A stretch of 64,000 nucleotides of DNA from Lama guanicoe. Its lineage: Eukaryota. The position numbers were made by a program, and so were the translations under genes. Under the pieces are notes generated by a model, which saw nothing but the letters and a program-made list of their open reading frames with translations, had not been told where the DNA came from and searched no databases. Below are positions 1-12,849 of the stretch, one piece after another (the first letter of the stretch is position 1; each line of letters begins with the position of its first letter). The DNA lies in the NCBI GenBank assembly GCA_013239625.1, contig MU053934.1, positions 11,137,003-11,201,002 on the forward strand, in the 5' to 3' direction.

Positions 1-551
1 TGGCATTGGGGGATGGGGAGAACCGTGTAGGCAGACCAGGCCCCGCCGTCCGGGCGCACACCCAGGGGCAGGGACAGAAGACAGTTAGGTGGACAGGGAA
101 GGGGAAGCAGCGTCATGAGACGGAGAGAAACCAGAGGACGTTTCAGCCATCGGCCAGTTTTCCTGCAAAGTATCAATAGAACTAATGTCTTTGTGTGAAA
201 ATGTCTGAGTGCATCTCAGATCATGTCCTGAAGATAAATTCCTAGACGTGAAATTCCTGGGAGAGAAGTACGAGCATTTACAGCTCGACAAAAACTGTTT
301 GGGCAACTCTTGCAAATGTCCAGCCCCTGGAGATGTCTTCTGGTGCAGAACTCACCCCCAGGAGCCCACTGTCCCGGTTTCACCTGGGCCTCGGGGCTCC
401 CCTGCACGTTGACCCAAGTCGTCTGCCGCGGCCTCTGCAGCAAGAACATGTGTGCACTCGCCCCGCAAGTCAAAGGCTAGCTCTCCATCAGGTGGGGGCT
501 GGGAGGCGCCTCCAGGGGGATGCGACCTCGTGTTGCCAAGACAGTTGCCAT

Positions 552-700
552 GGAGTGAAGGACGAGGGGGAAGAGGAGGAGATGGAGGAGGAGGAAGGGA
601 ATGAAGGAAGGAGAGATGGAGGAGGAAGCGGAGGAGGGGAGGGGGAGGGAGGAGGGGGAGATGGAGGAGGAGGGGAAGGGAGGAGGGCAGACAGGAAGGG
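552..700 (+). repeat. Purine-rich (GGA/GAG)n low-complexity tract
   Basis: Almost pure A/G run such as GAGGAGGAGATGGAGGAGGAGGAAGGG. Confidence 0.9.
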
Positions 701-823
701 AACGTGGGCATCTGGGCATGGCCACCAGCCAAATACCGCTCCTGTTTCCTCTTGAAAATGCACATGAACTTGGCTTCCACCTCCCCATTCAGACAGGTCG
801 ACTTCAGCTTTAAAATAATGGGC

Positions 824-1163
824 TATGATCCAATAACCCCATCCCTGGTCATATTTTCAGAGGAAACTCTAACTCAAAAAGACACCTGCACCCCAGTGTT
901 CACAGCAGCACTGTTTACAATAGCCAAGATGTGGAAACAACCTACATTTCCATCAACACATGCCTGGATAAAGAAGTTGTGGTGTATTTGTACAGTGGAA
1001 TACTACTCAGCCGTAAAAAGAATAAAACAATGCCATTTGCAGCTACATGGATGGACCTGGAGATAGTCATTCTAAGTGACGCAAGCCAGAAAGAGAAAGA
1101 AAAATACCATATGATATTACTCATATGTGCAATCCAAAAATAAAAAGTACAAATGAGCTTACT
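824..1163 (+). mobile_element. L1 fragment (ORF2 C-terminus / start of 3'UTR)
   Basis: Remnant peptides YDP..., DTCTPVFTAALFTIAK, WIKKLW, YYSA, MPFAATWMDLE; very similar to 29555-29890. Confidence 0.9.
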
Positions 1164-2464
1164 TACTCCTGTCTCCATCTCTCCAACCCTGGACAGCCCT
1201 TGGAAGAGACCACAGGGAGAGAGAGTTCTGGGCATCGGCTGGGGTGCCGTGAGGGAAGGGGGCCTGAGTTCTGACCCTGTACCCTGTGTCAGGCAGTGTA
1301 GACGGGGGAATTAACCAGAATGTTACACCTTTACAGAGCCCTCTCCCCTTCACCCTCTCTTGAAGGATCACATTAACCCCAGAGCAGGTGCGATGACCAT
1401 GCACCTGGAGGGTGAGGAAGTGGCAGGCTCTGTGTGGCTCTGTGACCAGCCCCAGCCCCGCGCCCAGGGAGGGAGGGACCTGGTGCAGGTGTGTTTCCTC
1501 ATGCGCCCCTTCCTTTGCCCTGGCTGCTGCGCCCATAACCCGAGCCCTGAGCAGGAAGTTAGGACCAACACCCCGGGCAGGGTCTGTGAGGGTCGTCTCG
1601 ACCTCGCCCTCAGTGGGCGGAGCAACCCCTCCCCACTGCTGAGAGGGCTTCCGACTGCTCTCCCTGCGGCCTCCTGAGAGCAAGGAGACTCATCACACGG
1701 GACAGAGTGATTGTGACTGTGCCTGATCAGCTGGTGACATCCGGGTGGAGAGACTGTTTGCTTCCCGTCTGCTTCCCCAGGACCCAGAGGAACCCCGACA
1801 TCCTGACATTGGGATGGGGAACGAGTGTCTGCAGAGGGAGGAGGAGAGAAGGAGGGGCCTGGGGAGGGAGGCAGGCCTCAGTGCTGCCCGCAAGGAGTGT
1901 GGCCACTGGCCCCATCGCCCGCCTCTCCGTTTCCTCGGGGGGCCTTCGGGGCCTCCGTGTCTGGCAGCAGGTTGCAGGGAGCAGTTGCTGTGGGTAGTTC
2001 GGGCCTCATTTAAACTTTTCCCATGTAAATAAGCATGAGTCATAAGAAGGAAAACTGCATTTGCTTTGAGTTGGCAGGAGATACGTTTAAGTCAGAGTGA
2101 GGAAAATTCTGGGAGCGTGGCTTCACTCGTGAAAAACAACGCGAGATTATGTTTTCCCAAGGCTGCTGGCTGGGCAGAGCCGTTCGGCCTCACACACCAG
2201 AGCAGCAAATTATGCTACTTAATGAAAAACGGCCTAGACCCTGCTCCTGAGGCAGACGCACTGCCGTGTGTCAGTGCTGTCATCCACGTTAACGCCTGAA
2301 ACCCTCAGCCCACCGGCAGCCCCCATGACACCCACGATGGTGCGTGGACCGTGGAGCCCGGGCCTCCTGACTCAGACCTCAAGACTGTCTTGGCTGCGGC
2401 ACTGCACCCACGACATCCTCTGCCGGGGGCCAGCCCAGGCTCCACTGTAGTTCTTGTTTCCCAG

Positions 2465-2530
2465 GCAGGCTTCACTCCCATCAAATAGATGGGAAAACTG
2501 AGGCCTGGCCAAGTAGCAGCCTGCCAGTGG
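2465..2530 (-). mobile_element. MIR core remnant (similar weak remnants near 8310, 12270, 56170, 60140, 60830-60990)
   Basis: CCCCATCAAATAGATGGGAAAACTGAGGC matches the MIR core CCCATTTTACAGATGAGGAAACTGAGGC. Confidence 0.6.
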
Positions 2531-5029
2531 GGGGACACAGACAGGACACGCATCCCCGTCTGCAGGGCCGGGGCTCGGGCGGCTCAGGTCAGAGCTTCAC
2601 CTGCCACGCCTGCGTCCAGAATGGGGGGGCAGCCGGTCAGCTTTGCCTGGGACGGAGGGTCCCCAAGATCCGGGACCTTCAGTTTCCAAACAAGGAGAGT
2701 CCAGGACAAGCCAGGATGAATTGGTCATCCTAAGTCAGAACACGTGAGACGTAAAGAATTCAAGCTTCTGGAAGTTAAACTGAAATAATGCATAAAAAAC
2801 CAACAGACCACAGAAATCAGTCTCCTGCTGCTGGGAGAGGCCGGGCAGCGGCTCAGTGCCGGGGGCTGGCTCCCGCTCTGAGCACGGGTGGCATTAGACC
2901 CCAGCCCGGGCGGGGCGGGGCCCCTGGGTGGGCAGGAGCCTTCTGCAGGCTGGAGGGTCCCTGGGAAAGAGACAGGATGCTCCGGGGTCCCAGGTCCAGG
3001 CCCCCCCGGTGGGTGACTCTGCTCAGGGCGGGGGCAGGTCTGCACTCAAGACAGTGATGCTCGGGGAATCGCTGTGGAAACCCAGGAGCAGAAAGGAACA
3101 GTCTACCCACACCCGCCACCGCGCTGCCTCCCAGCACAGGGGCCGCATAGCCAGAGAGACACGGGCGCTGTCTCTGCTGGGTCTAGACCACGAAACAGTC
3201 CCTGATGGGAGTCGGGAGGCTCCCATCCAAGCAGGGCGTGCCCTAAAGCACGAGCTGAGGGGGGCCGGGCTCTGGGGCCTGGAGCCGGAGCAGCAGGTGC
3301 CCGGGGGGTCCCGGAGGGGCCCTCGCTTCTGAGACTCTCCCAGGCCCCGAGACCTCTCACGCCTCCAGAAACTCAATGTCGGGTTCTAAAACTTTACACG
3401 ATTAATCATAAATTTCCACCACAGAATTTTTTTCTTAAATAAGCTTTCAAATTTATGAGCGAGCATGGAAATCTCCTGTCAGATATAAGTCAGAGCCACA
3501 AAAATGATTAAGCAGGAATTCTAATTTTTAATGAAGCAGCTGACCCAGGCTGAGTAATAAAAACCAGACCCCATCTTATCAGTTCGTCTCATGATGAGTT
3601 TGTCCCTCTGAGTCTCGGGAGTGGCTGCAGTCCTGCGACGGCCACAGACGGCCCCGAGCGATCTAGCGATCCAGCGTGAGCCCCTCAGCCCCAGCCCGCC
3701 GAGGGTCCACGAGGGCTGAGCCTGCGGCCCAGGCTCCTCTGCGCTCTCCTAGACAGAGGCGCTGTGGCCACGGCACAGACCATGAGCCCAGCCCAGGGTG
3801 TGACTTGCACGCACAGAGACCAAGGAGCTGGCAGGGAGCCGATGGCTGGGAGTGGGTGGGACGTGGGTGCACCTCTGGCTCAGGGAAGGAGCCTGGGCCC
3901 CACTCAGTCTGGCCACACGGGCCGTGGACGAACCCCAGGGCCAGAGCTGCCTGGCAGAATCTGCCCAGAGCCTTCCTACAGCACAGGAGGGGAGGTGGTT
4001 GTGGCTGCAGGTAGAACCAGGGAGGAGCAGTGAGCCCGGCTCCGAGGCCGGCTTCCGGGTCTGCTCTGTGCATCCCGGGCACTGACCCTGAGAAAGTCAC
4101 CTGGGCTCCCACGACCTCCGAAACAGTGTGACCGTCAAATTCAGGACACCTACCTGCCCACACCACCCTCCTCTCGCTGAGGACCACCCACCCCTGTGGG
4201 TAGAGACACCTGCAATGCGTGTGCCTCGTCTGGAGCTAGAAAGAAAGAAACCCAGGAGGCAGCAGGGGGCGGCGCGGCCCCAGGATGGGGGCCCATGGAG
4301 CCTGGCGGATGGTCCCTGACGGGGCCCGAGGCCACTGGGCCCACCAGCCCCTGCCCGCTGCTGCGTCCACGACAGCTTGCCCACCACCGCGTGATGAAAC
4401 GCCATCACGGCCACACTTATTTTTGTCTTCTCCGTCTATTTTGGGAAGCGGATTCTTAGATCAGCAATTAGAAATGTCACTTGTACTTTGGGAAGGGGGG
4501 AATTTGCGAAGTCTACAAATGAGAATAGTAATCAGCTTCGTTGACAACTTCAATGGTACAAAAATGGTAATTAATTGTAAATTTTTGATGGAATGTATAA
4601 TATTTATCTATTTTTGAACTTTTATCTGATCAGCAGCAAGCTCTGGTGCCTGACTTCCCTTCTCATCTGATGTCTATAGTTAGCATCTTGATTATTTTTT
4701 CATTAAAAGTTTCCACGGGGAAGGACGCAGCTCCTTAAAAACGAGCATCAAGGTCAAGGAAACTTCGGGCGTCCGACCAGGGACCTCGAGCCAGGCGCGC
4801 TGCTCTTCGGGGCCCGGGCTTCGCAGGGGTGGGGTCGGGGGGGCCGAGACAGGGGAGAGGACCAGGGTTCGCCGCCCAGAACCTCGCAGCCCGAGAGAGT
4901 CAGACGGGGCACGCGCAGGTTGCCAGCCATCCCGGGCTTGGCTCCTGCCCTCCACCTACTCACATGTCTGTCGTCACAGAAGGTTGGTCGCTGTAAAGGT
5001 GACAGAACCACGTCTGAGGGGGTGACAGA

Positions 5030-5313
5030 CAGCTCAGAGGCTGCAGCAAAGAGCCACAGACAGGGGCCTTAAACAGCAGAAACAGAAATGGATCCTCTCC
5101 CAGTCCTGGAGGCTGGATGCTCACCATCAAGGTGGCGGCAGGGCTGGTTTCGGCTGACGGACCCCAGCCGTGCCGGGTCAGAGCCCACCCATGTGACCTC
5201 ATTTTACTTGAATCACCTGTTAAAGGCCCCGTTTCCAAACACGATCCCATTCTCAGGTCCTGGGGGTCAGAGGGCAACCGTGAGCCTGGGCGGACGCCGC
5301 CCAGCCCACAACA
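5030..5313 (-). mobile_element. MLT1 (MaLR) solo LTR remnant
   Basis: MLT1 antisense motifs CAGTCCTGGAGGCTGG, ATCAAGGTGGCGGCAGGGCTGGTT, GACCTCATTTTACTTGAATCACCT, ending CCCACAACA. Confidence 0.75.
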
Positions 5314-8300
5314 GACGGCAAGGGCCCAGGCCGACTCAGGGACGCTCACGCCTCCCGTGGGCACGTTTCAGGTCCTGCTGCAGGACGCCGGGCTCCGGGG
5401 CCCTGAAGGGCGGGACTCGGGGCGCCAGGTCTGTGGTTGCTCTGAGCGGCATCACTTGGTTTCATTAGTTTCCTGCCCCATAGTCATGGTGTTCTAACGC
5501 TGATTAGAGGAAAGAAGGAAAAAGTCGTTGCCTGCTCTTGCCAGGCTGGGGGAGAGGGCAGCCGAGACCTCCACAGATTTACCGCTGCCGTTGCCACTCG
5601 GCATCCTGGGGGCCCTGCCGTTAGCCCCCACCCCCAGGCGAGGATGCCTGCTGGCAGGTGGGGGGGTCGGTGGTGCACTCTAACCCCCTGGGTTAACGCT
5701 TGCCGCGAGGATGAAGGGAGGCGGAGATGCCGGGGCCGAGCCCGGCTCACCGACTGTGCTCCAGGCACTGGAAGGTCCTGTCTTGCTGGCAGAATGTCTG
5801 CTTCTCACTTTGGGGCCCTCACAGGTCTTTGTTCCCATGCCCCAGGCCAGCCTTCGCTGCCCAAGGGTCTTGCTTTTCTTTTCCAGGATCCTTGCTTCCA
5901 CCATCACCCTGACCCCTGACCTCGGCAAGGACAGGCAGCTTGGCCCCTCGAGAAATTGCTCCATTGGGGTTGGGGGTGGGGCTGCAAAGTCTGCTGGGGG
6001 TTCCCTCCCTGCGCAGCCCCCACAGGGGCAGCCCAGGTCACTGTGTTTATGAGGTCCGCCCTCAGCCCCAGGGCCTCTGTTCACTGAGCACCCCGCAGTG
6101 CTCCCTGTCCCCTGAACTGCTGACCCCGTCTTCATGGAGCTCCGCCCAGGGCTGCCAGATGGTCTTAGAAGAGTAAGGAGCAAGCAACACAAATCATTCG
6201 TCCAAAAACAGAAAAAAAGCGCGCAGACAGGCACACGCACACTCGTGCGCTTAGAAGCAGAGAATTTACTGCTGCAGTCTATACGGTCTTGTATTTTGCA
6301 TGATAAATTAAGAATGTGTTTTGATCTAATTTTTAATTATGTCTTCAAATCTCTTTTGCTCCCCAACCACTCAGCAGCACTCATTTCAAATTTTCTACAG
6401 CCCAGCACTCAATCTGCTGGTTTCATCAGCGCCCGGATTACCTGCCCCCAGCAGTCAAACTCCTTCCACCAAGGCATCCGACCGAGGATCTGAAGCAGAG
6501 CAGTGGGTGAGGCTTAAGAAATTTCGAATAGCAGATTTTCTGCTGAAAACAAATTCTCTTTGCACTCATCAAGATGTGCTGTTCCCGCAAGTAATGAGAA
6601 CAGGTGCTCAGGCCTCTAGAGGTGCCTTCCGGGGTTTAGAGGATGCTCTCTATTCTGGGGAAGATTCTGACAATTAGCTGAATCCCAGGCACTCCTGAGA
6701 TCTCTATGGTGAAGGATCAGAGACAGCTGCTCTGCAGATGTGGGGCCCTGCGTGCTCATCCATCCCCTCACCCAGCGTCTCCAGGGGCTGCTGTGGTCCA
6801 GCACTGATCCGGCTGCTGGGCAGCATCCATGCAGCATCCATGCACAGCCACCATGCCCACAGCTGTTTCTCCGATAGTTACCCTCAGTGCACGAGCTGAT
6901 TAGCATGAGTGAAGCAAGCCTGGGGGCGGTTGTCCAGCTCCCCAGCTCCCCCTGAGTCCTGTGGTGAGCAGGACGGTGAGGGCTGCCTGGAGACTGCTCT
7001 CCTGGTGCCCAGGGAGCTCCGTGTCAAGGCCAGAGGGCTACGTGAAAGGAGGACAGAGCAGAGGGGCCTCTCGCTACTTCTTTGAGGCATACAGCCCAGT
7101 TCCAGCATCCTGAGATGCAAGGGACACCACTCCTCCTCGGAGCTCCAGGGCGGCCGCCCAGGCAGGGGCAGAAGCGGCGCCCCCAGCACTTAGTCTGGAC
7201 TCCGACAGCTGTGCGACCAAGCGGCGTCTGGACCTCCTCGGGGCGAGGACTCCCAGAAACATCTCCATAAGGTGTACAAGAACAGAGGCCCTTGGTAGAG
7301 GGACCTGACCCCACACCGACAGATGGAGAGGGTGGGAGGCTGCGTCTGCAGAAGGTGGGGCATGCCTGGCTTCCCCTGGGGCCTGCTGAGCATCCTGCTG
7401 GCCCGGGGTGAGCAGCTCAGCTTTGCCTGCCGCTCCAGGGCTGGTGCCCTTTGTGATGTAAGTCAGTGCACCAGCAATGGTCCTTTTTGCTGACCAATGC
7501 AAGGGGGCACCTGGTGGCGGAGGACCTTGGTCAGGCCAGGAAATCAGAGTCTTGTCCTGGAGCTAACAGGAGCCCCTGCTAAGACACTGAGTCCCCAAAC
7601 GTGGGGCCCCTCAGACCTGAGCAGTCTGGGCCGCCTGGCAGCCCTCCATCCCCGACCACGGCGCTGATCACCGCGGACAGACTCCTGCTCCCGCCGCAGC
7701 ACAAACACTCTAAATCGAATTGGTGAGATGTTAAACGTCGCCTCCCCCACCTGCTGTGCAGAGTCAGGTCAAAAATAGGTAACGTTCATTGCATTACTTG
7801 GCATAAACATGATTTTAATAATTACCATGGGCCAGAACCTGTGCCTGTTCTTGAATAATGAGCATTGAATTCTATTATCGCTCAGTATTAAATATCTCCC
7901 AGCGCGGTTCCCTGTGCAGGCTGGCGAGGAGCTGGCTGTGGCGCGCAGCTCCCCTCCCTCACGCGTGCGGGCGAGATGAGCGCTCTGCTCTTCTTCCGAG
8001 GCCTCGAGGACATGCCGTGTTGCAGCTGTGGAAAGTCGCATCTGAGTTCTATTCTGCATTTTGTAGTGAAGGGGATTTGCTTGGATTTGTTATAATTTTA
8101 GGTAGTTTTTGTTCACTGGAGATTCTGATTATTCGCTACCCGGAGACACATGTAAGTCTCATGATGACGTCTTCACGATTGAAACAGTTTATCTGCAGTT
8201 CTGACTTGTGCCATGAGCGTCAGGATCCCGGGCACCTGGGTGACCTGAGCCCCACGTCAGAGCACAGAGACCATCGCACACCCATCCCTGCAGCCCCCTC

Positions 8301-9329
8301 GTCTTCCAGTTAAAGACAGTGAAGCCCAGAGAGGTTAACTGACATGTCCAAGTTTACCTGAATAATTTAAGAGCCTTTGGTAACACGAATGAAGTCTGCA
8401 TTTCAAACAGCTAACTCCCAGGTGTATTTAGCCGGTCAGTTTGATTCACCAGCCTGCGTCCCAAGGAGGTGGGAGAGGCGGATGTGCTGGCCGTGAGCCC
8501 CGGAATGTGCTCGCTGCTGCACAAGTCCAGAGAGCCCTCTCGGGGTGTGGTTTTAGAAAACACAGGGCTCTCTCCTGAGCAGTTAGAAGGAGGGGTTATT
8601 AAGTGAGAAGTTCATGAAGTGAGGGGTGCTCACGCACACACATGCATGTCACACACCAGCATGCACACTCGCACATGCAGAGGAGAGATGCAGGGACACA
8701 ACTATCCGATGCTACCGTGTGATGCTGCCACTCCAGCCATAAAACCTCATTTTGGAGATTCCACAACAGGCTCAATAGAAGATCCCATTTTATCCCCAGA
8801 AAAAAAAATCCCAGTTGAGAGGCAGGTGTTACAATGATGGTTTTGCAAGCAAAAAAAACAGAAATCCATGGAGTTTAAAGAACTAGCTCCAAAGCGCGTG
8901 GGCAGGAGGTGCCCTTGTAGGGCCCACGGGCACGCAGCCCTGTCCGTCCCCAGTGTTCCTGCCTGTGACCCTCCCCTCCCCGCGCGAGTCTCTGGCGTTG
9001 TCCCTGGCCCCTGTGTCTACCCCGGGCCCTGACAGCCTGCCTTCCCGAAGCGCCACGCGTCCTGCCTTCGAGTCAGGGGCTGTGAGGTGCTACACGTCAG
9101 GGCTGCACCTTCCGGAATGTATTCGTAGGAACTGTGTGGTTTCTTGGGGATTATGGACGGGATTTTTGGTTTACTTCCGCTTGGAAGTGGGTTTTTCTGA
9201 AAAACAATGTTTTTCTGTTAATTTACCTTGTACCCCAGCAGTGCTACATCGTGCGTAACTTCGAGAGGCGTTTTGGGGGCAGTCTCTGGTTTGCTAGGAA
9301 GGCAATCACACTGTGGGCCAGTGAGCACT

Positions 9330-9530
9330 AGTCTTTCTACGTTAATTACATGTCTAAGAACATCCCGACCAGATTCTTAATGCAGCACTGGACAAAGCCA
9401 TTTTAAACTGCACGTAGAGGACAGATACTCCAGGAATGGCTGTTTTTCAAACGCAGTGTGAGTAGCTGCTTCAGTCCAAACAGGATGACAAATTCACAGA
9501 CAGACAAACAGATCAATGGAACATGATAAT
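9330..9530 (+). mobile_element. Old L1 ORF2 fragment
   Basis: GACAGACAAACAGATCAATGGAACA and GGACAAAGCCATTTTAAA resemble L1 ORF2. Confidence 0.5.
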
Positions 9531-9539
9531 CAGACAGTA

Positions 9540-9849
9540 AGTCGGGCTCCGCTGTCCGGGTGTTTCGGAGATGTGGTTGACAGCCACAGCTGGTTGACCC
9601 TGAGTAGGGAGCGGCCCTTGACTGTGTGCGTGGATGTCATCCGCTCAGCTGAAAACTTTCAGAGCAAAAGCTGAGACTTCCCGGAGAAGAAGGAAGTCGG
9701 CCTCAGGAGTTCAGCACCAGCTCCCGCCTGAGTTTGCCCCTGCTGGCCCGCCCGGCAGACTCTGGACTCGCCGGCCCCCAGCCATCATGGGACGCCACTC
9801 CTGGGAAGCCCTATTTGTTGTGTTTGTTGGGAGAAGCCCGACTGACACA
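9540..9849 (+). mobile_element. MLT2-type 5' LTR of an ERVL provirus (5' part eroded)
   Basis: CAGCTGAAAACTTTCAGAGCAAAAGCTGAGACTTCCCGGAGAAGAAGGAA and terminus GGAGAAGCCCGACTGACACA parallel the MLT2 copy at 30894-31307; runs directly into ERVL internal sequence. Confidence 0.75.
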
Positions 9850-11730
9850 GGCTTTGACACTGAGAGAGGGTCTCAACGGACAACTCTTATGGACAAGTTT
9901 CTGCACTGGTTCCAGGATTCCTGGAATAAGTTCTGGAATCTGGTTTGATTTAAAGGTGCTCCTGGCTGTGTTTGCGTCGTGTGATGTGGCAGCAGAGACA
10001 CGCGAAAGAGCGGAACTGCGTGCTCTGGGTGGGAAGCCCCTAAGGGGCGGGGCTCTGAGTGACCGTTAATTTGATACCTCGGAACGTTTGTCAAGCTGGT
10101 GAGTGTGACAAGGTCAGCTGGTGGCTCCTAATGATGTCACACAGAGTGGGGATGGACAGACCTCCCGCTCACGCACCACACGTGACAGCAGGCCCCGCGT
10201 CCCACTCCTGCTGCCGCAGAGCTCAGAGTCCTGGAACCAAACCCAGAGGCTCGCCTGCCAGTGTCGTATCGCAGCAGAAGGTGGTTTCCCAGGGTCGTGG
10301 GGTGTCTGCTGTTGAAGTGAGGACCTTGACTGGGAAGGAGGTGACTGTTCTGAAAGATGCAGCTGATTCTCAGGCCCACCTGCCACCACCCTCTCGGCTT
10401 CCAGACCCAGGACTGGACTCGAGCCCAGCGGGCCCTGAAAGGCGAGCTTCAGAGAGCAAGCCGAAAGGCAGCGGGCCCGCTGCCCCCGGAAGAGCTGCGT
10501 TTTCTCAGCTTCTACAGACAGAGCCCAGGGACCCGCGTGGAGACGGAAGTTGGGGGTGTGGGGCGGCGCTGGGAGGAGCAAAGCCGGATCGGGCGGCAGG
10601 CGCTGCCGCGGGCCCACTGAGCAGAATCGGGATGCAGCGCCGTAGCTCCTGCGGTAGGTTTTGGGCGACTGAAACAGAGATCAAAGGTGGAAGTGCCGGA
10701 GCCACCGTCGCGCACGGGGAGGAGGGGTTTCACGGCCCGACGAGAGGGCGGGCGGATTTCTCCTCCTGTGAGCCTGCTTGCTCGCCTGGGGGGCCGTAGG
10801 ACACACCCGGCCCCCTGGCCGTGAGCAGCGGGTTTGTGCAGGGGCCCCAGCGCTGGGGAAGCCCTCGGCTGTCCCTCTCCTCTGCAGGGGAGGAATCACA
10901 GCGTGACTGCTGCCACCGAAGGGGGTCCTTCCTCAGTGCTGCAGGGAGTCACTGCATCCGAGGGGGTGGGGCCCGGGCAGCAGCCCCTGCCAGGCGGGCG
11001 GCAGAGTCGCAGCCGCGACCAGCGCGGCGTGTCTGCAGAGACCGGCGCGTGGGCCAGCCGACTGCGGTGCTCCTGGAACGGGGGACTGGTGGTCTGCTGC
11101 GTTTTCACTGAGCTGTGGACGTGGAGGAGTTCTAGGTCAAGTGAACGGAAGTCTAATTTGAAGGACAAACTCAGAGCCAGTGCCCCTCAGCCTGTTCCCA
11201 GACTTGAACCAGTTCCCAGGCCCAGAGCCTCTTGACTGAAGTGAAGGCCAGGCCTCCTGGAGGATGGGCCCTGCCACGTGGCCCAAAGTGTCTGCTGTCT
11301 GTGCCATTAACTCTGCTCTGCTCGCCTTTCCCCAGCTTTCCTCAGAAGAACCCACAGCCTTGGCCAGGGCGCCCGTGTTTTGGGAGAAATAGAACAGTCT
11401 GACTTTGCAGGAAGTACTGGACCCCGGCTCTGAGCTGACTCTCGTCTCAGGCAACTCAAAGCATCACTGTGGCCCGCCTGTCAGAGCCCGGGCTTATGGA
11501 GGTCAGGCAGCCAGTGGGGTTTTATCTCAGGTCCCTCTCACAGCAAGCCCGGTGGGGCTCCAGACACAACCTGTGGCCGTTTCTCTAGCTCCTGAACACA
11601 TAATTGGCACAGACATTCTCAGCCGCTGCTAGCATCCCACGCTGGCTCCCTGACCTGTGAAAGGACGGCTCTCACGGTGGGAAAGACCAAAGGGAGTCCA
11701 CTGGAACTTCCTCCACCTAGAAACCTGGAA
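9850..11730 (+). mobile_element. ERVL internal region (decayed gag and protease), 3' truncated
   Basis: Gag-like remnants KVVSQGRGVSAVEVRTLTGKE, FSQL, GPLSR; protease remnant LDPGSELTLVSGNSKHHCGPPVRARAYGGQ...IIGTDILS matches recalled ERV-L LDTGSELTLIPGDPKRHCGPPVKVGAYGGQ...IIGIDILS. Confidence 0.88.
11405..11632 (+). pseudogene. ERVL aspartic protease relic, catalytic DTG changed to DPG
   Basis: Frame 11405-11632 (TTG start, not AUG); GAC CCC GGC at 11420-11428; TAG stop where ERV-L continues into pol. Confidence 0.85.
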
Positions 11731-12849
11731 GCTGGAATCAGCGGTGTTCACAGAAGGGCTGCTGCTCCCCAGGGGGGTGAGGAAGAGCACGTCCGGAACC
11801 GGAGGTCCCTCAGGCGTCCCAGGCCCACATCCGTGGGGCCAAGGTTGATGGGAAACCACACCCCACCCAGCAGGACTCGTAAGGCAGTTGGCGCGGAGGT
11901 GAGTGGGCGATGTCGAGGGGCGAGACTGGAGGGTGAAGGGCTCTTGAGTGAGGGGTCGTGTCCTGCAGAGCCGGCCCACAGCGTAAGTGACAGGGGATGT
12001 GCTAAAAGAGAGGCAGCAGCGTGCACGTTGGCCCCTGTTCCCTCGGACCAGAGCACAGCGCCTGGAAGCTGTGTGGGTCTGACAAGCCTGGGGGGGGGGG
12101 CCTCGGGAGCCAGCGGCCGCAGAGGACACAGACACGCTGGCAAGGCTGAGGTGTGGGACCTGTGCCAGGTGCCGGCCCTGTCCTGAGGACCCACGCGTGC
12201 CCACCGTCTCCTACAGAGCCCAGGGAGGGTGCCATCACGCACCTCCTTTGCCCAATGAGGAGGACGAGCCACAGAGAGGTTGGGGACTTGCCCCTCGTCT
12301 TGTAGGTGGGAAGGGGCAGTGCCAGGATTGGACACCAGGCAGTCTGGCCTCAACCACGGCTCAATACTGCCTTCTGTCCAAGCAAAGAGAAAGGGGGCCG
12401 CAGAGGGAGCAGAGAGCTGCTCTACCAACCAGGGAAAGGGGCCACGCTTCCCAAGGCCCAGGCGGGCACCCCGGCTCCTGGCCCGGAGCCGGACCTGCGC
12501 CCTTGTGAAGACGCCCTGCTGGTGGTGCGCTGGGTGGGAGCGGGGCGGCTGGAACAGAAGCTCTTGGACTGCGCGGGTCATCCCTCTAAACACATGGATG
12601 CACTTGATTCCATCCGTACATTTTATTGAAGAGGTTGAATCTAGATTTAGAAATGAAGTTAACATGTGATTATATGTGATTGTGTAATTTTCTTCTTCCT
12701 TTACTATTATTATCCTGTTTGGGCATTAAGTCTTCTGTCTTTTTGTGTGACCTGCCATCGTTTAAATATGATTCGAAGTCAAGCAGAGCAAGAACACGGC
12801 TCAGAAATCGCAAACCAGCTTCTATTGCTCAGACTGGTGCTGGTGAGAC

